Source: Flavobacteriales bacterium (GTDB lineage: Bacteria > Bacteroidota > Bacteroidia > Flavobacteriales > Flavobacteriaceae). From it: a DNA stretch of 64,000 nt. The notes under the pieces are model-generated. The model was not told where the DNA came from. It did not search any database and saw nothing but the letters and a program-made list of their open reading frames with translations. The first letter of the stretch is position 1. Each line of letters opens with the position of its first letter. Of this stretch, positions 60,143 to 64,000 are shown piece by piece. Location: NCBI GenBank assembly GCA_011524905.1, contig WTJI01000055.1, forward strand, positions 76,630-140,629, read 5' to 3'. Position numbers and translations under genes: made by a program.

Positions 60143-60770
60143 AAATAGTGGGCCAATTTCCGTTGGTACTTACTTCTGTCATGGAACCCAAAACAATTTC
60201 TGCTCCATTAACACCATCTACCGAAATGGTTTCATTTTCTTGTTTAAGCAAATCCTGATTCTGGTCATGTAAAATAACATCTTTGGATACTTTTACTTCA
60301 AACACTGGGACGCGGTAACCGTTTTTATTGATGATATCTGCTTTTAAGGCAAATTTAGAATCAACGCCTTCTACGGGTACTTGACTCATCATTTTGTACG
60401 TATCATCGTTTTTGAAAAGTGAATCCAAGACAGGGACAAATCCTAAGGTATCAACAACGACAACTTCACGAAGCATGTCAATTCGGTAGGTGCGGTCATA
60501 TTCTAAATAGGAAGAGTCTCTTTTTTCGATTAATGTGAAAATTCCAGTTTCGACAAAGCTTACCAAACTGTCAAAATTATCAGCATAAAAACCTTTAACG
60601 TCTTTATGTGCAATTTGCGCTTTGCGAATCACCTTTAATCGGTTAATGACCTCGGCATAACGCTCATTTTTAGTCTTGTTGAAGCTAATGGGGCCATTGA
60701 TGGAATCATAGATTTGGTAACTAAGAATAGCACAAACTACCCACAATACTGCTTGTATGGCTACTTTCAT
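60123..60770 (-). CDS. Membrane-anchored hypothetical protein
   Basis: 215 aa with an N-terminal TM anchor (AIQAVLWVVCAILSYQIY). First gene of a three-gene unit ending in rsmD. Confidence 0.5.
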   Translation of the reverse strand: MKVAIQAVLWVVCAILSYQIYDSINGPISFNKTKNERYAEVINRLKVIRKAQIAHKDVKGFYADNFDSLVSFVETGIFTLIEKRDSSYLEYDRTYRIDMLREVVVVDTLGFVPVLDSLFKNDDTYKMMSQVPVEGVDSKFALKADIINKNGYRVPVFEVKVSKDVILHDQNQDLLKQENETISVDGVNGAEIVLGSMTEVSTNGNWPTIFDTKQP

Positions 60771-60953
60771 GATTGGTGTTTTAGTTGTTTTTTCGATTTA
60801 CTGAAACATACCAATGCCCCACTGTCAAAAGCGCGCTGCGTAGTTATTTTTGGTTGTTTCATCCGACTGAATTTTGTAGTGTCAACAAATCTACAATTTT
60901 TTTTCATTCAGAAAAGCTTTGTTTTTTTATCTTTCGGGGAAAGACCCCAGCGG

Positions 60954-62375
60954 ATGTCAGCACACGATTTGGAAAAGGAAATGGTAGCGCGAAGCCCATT
61001 TCGACTCACAAGTTCCCAGCAGGATTGGGTACATATGGTAGCAAAATTTCTAACACGTCCAGCCGATAAACCTATTCAAATTTTAAAAGGCTATGCGGGA
61101 ACAGGTAAATCCAGTATGATCGCTCTGCTGGTGGGATGTTTGCCCGTTATTCGGCAAAGAGCAATACTTTTAGCGCCAACAGGGAGAGCAGCTAAAGTAT
61201 TGAGTGGTTATTCTCATCAAAAAGCATTCACTATCCACAAGAAAATATACTTCTCAAATGCTGAAGGTGGAAAAATCCGTTTTCGACTCAAAAACAACAC
61301 GCACAGAAATACACTATTTGTAGTCGATGAATCTTCTATGATTGGAGAAGATAGTAGTGGTGGGCGATTTTTTGACCGGGGTTCTCTTTTACATGATCTT
61401 GTGGAATATGTGGTTGAAGGTGATAATTGTCGCTTAATTTTTGTTGGAGACACCGCTCAATTACCACCCGTTCGTTTATTGCTTAGTCCTGCATTGGATG
61501 CTGATAAGTTGTCATTTGAATTTAATATAACCGTCCCCAGTATAGAATTAGCGGAAGTAGTTCGTCAACAACTAGACTCAGGAATTTTATTTAATGCGAC
61601 AGCACTCCGTGCTTTAATTGCTGATGAAGATGCACAACAATTTATTTTTCAAACAGAAAATTTTCCAGATATCATGCGGCTACAAGATGGTCACGAATTT
61701 ATGGAGCTTCTATCCGCAGCACTACAACGTGAAGGGGATGATTCCACCGTTTTGATTGTTCGTTCCAATAAGCGTGCTAATCAGTATAACCAAAGTATAC
61801 GTCAACGGATATTGTATTTGGAATCGGATTTGTCTGTTGGTGATACACTAATGGTCGTCAAAAACAACTACCATTGGTTGTCCCAAGAAGATCCTGCGGG
61901 TTTTATTGCCAATGGGGACACGCTATGGGTACAAAAAATTCATAGTTACAAAGAATTATATGGATTTAAATTTGCTCATGTGACTGTTCAAATGACTGAC
62001 TATCCCGATCAGGAACCTTTTGATACTACTTTACTGTTAGATACCTTACACTCACATACGGCCTCACTTAGTCAAGAACAATCACAGCAGTTGTATGAGA
62101 AAGTTTCTGAAGACTTTGCGCATATTAAATCTAAATTTCAGCGTTTACAAAAAGTCAAAAAAAGTCCCTATTTCAATGCCTTACAAGTCAAATACTCATA
62201 CGCAATCACCTGTCACAAGTCTCAAGGCGGGCAATGGAAAGAAGTGTTTGTTGAAATGCCCTACCTTCCCGATGGCCCTTCAGTAGAATTTTATCGTTGG
62301 TTGTATACAGCCATGACAAGAGCACAAGAGAAACTCTATTTGATTGGCTTTACCAAAGAATATTTTTCATCCTGA
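60954..62375 (+). CDS. RecD/Pif1-like SF1 DNA helicase
   Basis: ATG at 60954. Walker A GYAGTGKSS, Walker B FVVDESSMI, and the C-terminal motif YAITCHKSQGGQW. Confidence 0.85.
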   Translation: MSAHDLEKEMVARSPFRLTSSQQDWVHMVAKFLTRPADKPIQILKGYAGTGKSSMIALLVGCLPVIRQRAILLAPTGRAAKVLSGYSHQKAFTIHKKIYFSNAEGGKIRFRLKNNTHRNTLFVVDESSMIGEDSSGGRFFDRGSLLHDLVEYVVEGDNCRLIFVGDTAQLPPVRLLLSPALDADKLSFEFNITVPSIELAEVVRQQLDSGILFNATALRALIADEDAQQFIFQTENFPDIMRLQDGHEFMELLSAALQREGDDSTVLIVRSNKRANQYNQSIRQRILYLESDLSVGDTLMVVKNNYHWLSQEDPAGFIANGDTLWVQKIHSYKELYGFKFAHVTVQMTDYPDQEPFDTTLLLDTLHSHTASLSQEQSQQLYEKVSEDFAHIKSKFQRLQKVKKSPYFNALQVKYSYAITCHKSQGGQWKEVFVEMPYLPDGPSVEFYRWLYTAMTRAQEKLYLIGFTKEYFSS

Positions 62376-62407
62376 CAGTAACAGTAAAAACTGAACGCAA
62401 ATCAAAT

Positions 62408-62794
62408 TTATTTCAAATTTGGTTCTGCTTTAGGTACTAAGGTAACGTGATAAGCTTTTGGTTCAAATCTCATCATAGCGCCCGTTGCCCAATCAATGAC
62501 CCAGGCTGGGATTAAAAATAAGTTGATAAAGCTGTGTTCATCCAATCTTTTATGAATCGTTATTTTTTGCGTCTCATAGCCTTCTAATTTTACCTCCATC
62601 AGTGTTTCATTAATTTGCCTTTTGACAAAAGCGCTACAGGGAGTTCGACAGTTTTCAATGCCATTTATATAAACCACTGCACCATTTGGCGTTGAATCAA
62701 ATCGAATGAAATCTTTGTTGCCACTCAATATTGTGGCACATCCGTAACACATAAAAAGCAAAGTAAGCATACTTGCATTTAAGGTTTTCTTCAT
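62408..62794 (-). CDS. PEGA-domain lipoprotein
   Basis: 128 aa with a lipobox (LFMCYGC) and DSTPNGAVVYINGIENCRTP (PEGA-like). Confidence 0.6.
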   Translation of the reverse strand: MKKTLNASMLTLLFMCYGCATILSGNKDFIRFDSTPNGAVVYINGIENCRTPCSAFVKRQINETLMEVKLEGYETQKITIHKRLDEHSFINLFLIPAWVIDWATGAMMRFEPKAYHVTLVPKAEPNLK

Positions 62795-63097
62795 TGAAAT
62801 AAGATTTTGGGATTGACAACTGGAATTTAAATTTAAAAATCCAACTGGCTAATTAATAGCGTGAGATTGTCAACAACTGATTTGATATGCTGAGGCTATT
62901 ATGTGCTAGTAATCTGAATATCAAGTTGTAAAAGTATTGACTCAATGATAAATATGCAGAGGCACTGTGGGGCTTTTTATTTTAATCTGCGATAGAGGAG
63001 GATTAAGTCGTAAGATTTTTCCTAAGCGAGTCTTCTCGATTAAAAAAGGTTGATTTGATACAGGTGTAAGAAAGCTCCAACTAGTGAAATTTTGTAT

Positions 63098-63814
63098 TTA
63101 TTCACTCATATCCATCGTATGATAGACATTTTGTACGTCATCATCTTGTTCTATTTTTTCGAGTAGCTTTTCTACTTCTTCTTGTTGTTCTGGCAATAGC
63201 TTTTTGGTGACTTGTGGAATGCGTTCAAAACCGGAGGATAGGATTTCTATCGATTGGTTTTCAAGTTCTTTTTGAATGCTACCAAAGTTTTCAAAAGGAG
63301 CATAAAGCAGCATGCCATCTTCATCGACAAAAACTTCTTCTACCCCGTAATCAATAAATTCAAGTTCTATTTCTTCTGGATCGAGCCCATCAGAAGGGAT
63401 ACGAAAATTACAGCTGTGGTCAAACATAAATTCAACCGAACCCGAGGTGCCAAGGGTGCCATTAGATTTATTGAAATAGCTCCTGATATTAGCTACTGTT
63501 CTGTTGTTGTTGTCTGTGGCAGTTTCAACCAAAATTGCGATACCATGCGGTGCATAGCCTTCATATAAGATTTCCTTATAATTTTCGGTGTTTTTATCTG
63601 ATGCTTTTTTAATAGCCCTTTCGATATTGTCTTTGGGCATATTGGCAGCTTTGGCATTTTGAATAACGGCCCGTAAGCGAGAATTGTTGTCTGGATCTGC
63701 TCCACCTTCTTTAACTGCCATAACGATATCCTTACCTATACGTGTAAAGGTTTTGGCCATCGCAGACCAGCGTTTCATTTTTCTTGCCTTCCGAAATTCA
63801 AAAGCTCTTCCCAT
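63098..63814 (-). CDS. YebC/PmpR family DNA-binding transcriptional regulator
   Basis: MGRAFEFRKARKMKRWSAMAKTFTRIGK... Canonical YebC N-terminus. ATG at 63814. Confidence 0.93.
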   Translation of the reverse strand: MGRAFEFRKARKMKRWSAMAKTFTRIGKDIVMAVKEGGADPDNNSRLRAVIQNAKAANMPKDNIERAIKKASDKNTENYKEILYEGYAPHGIAILVETATDNNNRTVANIRSYFNKSNGTLGTSGSVEFMFDHSCNFRIPSDGLDPEEIELEFIDYGVEEVFVDEDGMLLYAPFENFGSIQKELENQSIEILSSGFERIPQVTKKLLPEQQEEVEKLLEKIEQDDDVQNVYHTMDMSE

Positions 63815-63834
63815 GGAAATAGTAGTTTTCTGGA

Positions 63835-63842
63835 CAAAAGTA
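63835..63842 (-). promoter_or_regulatory. Bacteroidota -7 promoter box (TACTTTTG) for the yebC-like gene
   Basis: Plus strand CAAAAGTA, 20 nt upstream of ATG 63814. Confidence 0.45.
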
Positions 63843-63883
63843 AAAAACTTTGGCCAGTGTTTCCTGCACAAAAAAATGGAGCG

Positions 63884-64000
63884 TTAAATGATTTTCCGGA
63901 TCAAATCTAAGTCATCGAGGACTTCCTGATAGGTTATTTGAAGATGAACTGGGAGTTTATTTTCTTTTGGAAGTGTCGCCAAATAGCGAATGTTGTTGGT
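63884..64000 (-). CDS. C-terminal 38 codons of an unidentified CDS entering from the right window edge
   Basis: Open minus-strand frame ...TNNIRYLATLPKENKLPVHLQITYQEVLDDLDLIRKII with its stop at 63884-63886. Too short to name. Confidence 0.3.
   Translation of the reverse strand, partial: TNNIRYLATLPKENKLPVHLQITYQEVLDDLDLIRKII

Noticed and set aside
60714-60953. Several ORF-track entries have N-terminal extensions: helicase 60714, DUF4835 24711, SixA-like 52586, msrB 39138 and 39562, yebC-like 63871, dnaX 58528, bamD 22460, mltG 12294 and pdxH 52008.
   Set aside because: The extensions overlap upstream genes or contain promoter boxes. They encode non-conserved-looking peptide before an internal ATG that restores the canonical family N-terminus, so the internal starts were used.
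62795-63097. The 303-bp spacer between the PEGA lipoprotein gene and the yebC-like gene was examined for an sRNA, repeats or a small ORF.
   Set aside because: It contains only short imperfect repeats (GATTGACAAC / GATTGTCAAC) and no convincing hairpin with a U run, promoter pair or ORF. There is nothing I can defend.

Overview
This window looks like a core chromosomal region of a Bacteroidota genome. Three things support that: many genes are preceded by the Bacteroidota -7 promoter motif TAnnTTTG, the gene order dapA-bamD-rpoZ-coaBC-DUF4835-recN is present, and there are DUF3822, DUF4097 and DUF2807 genes. It is densely packed with about 70 CDS, mostly housekeeping. These include thrS-infC-rpmI-rplT, rplS, trmD, rpsA, dnaA, dnaX, ligA, recN, lon, icd, lpdA, dapA/dapF, ribD, coaBC/coaE, fabI, pyrR-pyrB, ppk1-ppx and pdxH. 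There is also one RNase P RNA gene (rnpB). I found no rRNA, tRNA, CRISPR array, transposase or prophage remnant. I do not see a convincing new multi-gene defence or mobile system; the region reads as ordinary core genome. The leads I consider worth a second look are these. (1) dnaX is interrupted at an A10 run that carries the E. coli-type A AAA AAG slippery heptamer, so a full-length tau needs a -1 shift; this is either recoding or a homopolymer error. (2) infC has no canonical start codon available. (3) Two overlapping msrB genes sit in tandem: an exported one lacking the resolving Cys and a cytoplasmic one that has it. (4) An ECF sigma operon encodes two secreted beta-solenoid repeat proteins. 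(5) A Cys-free 99-aa ORF is translationally coupled to pyrB where pyrI sits in enterics. (6) pdxH, a SixA-like gene, ppk1 and ppx form a tightly coupled unit. (7) Several genes have promoter geometry that predicts leaderless mRNAs. (8) Gene orientation switches at the dnaA upstream spacer, which may mark oriC. All product calls come from my reading of the translated ORFs (motifs, length, gene context). No database search was run.
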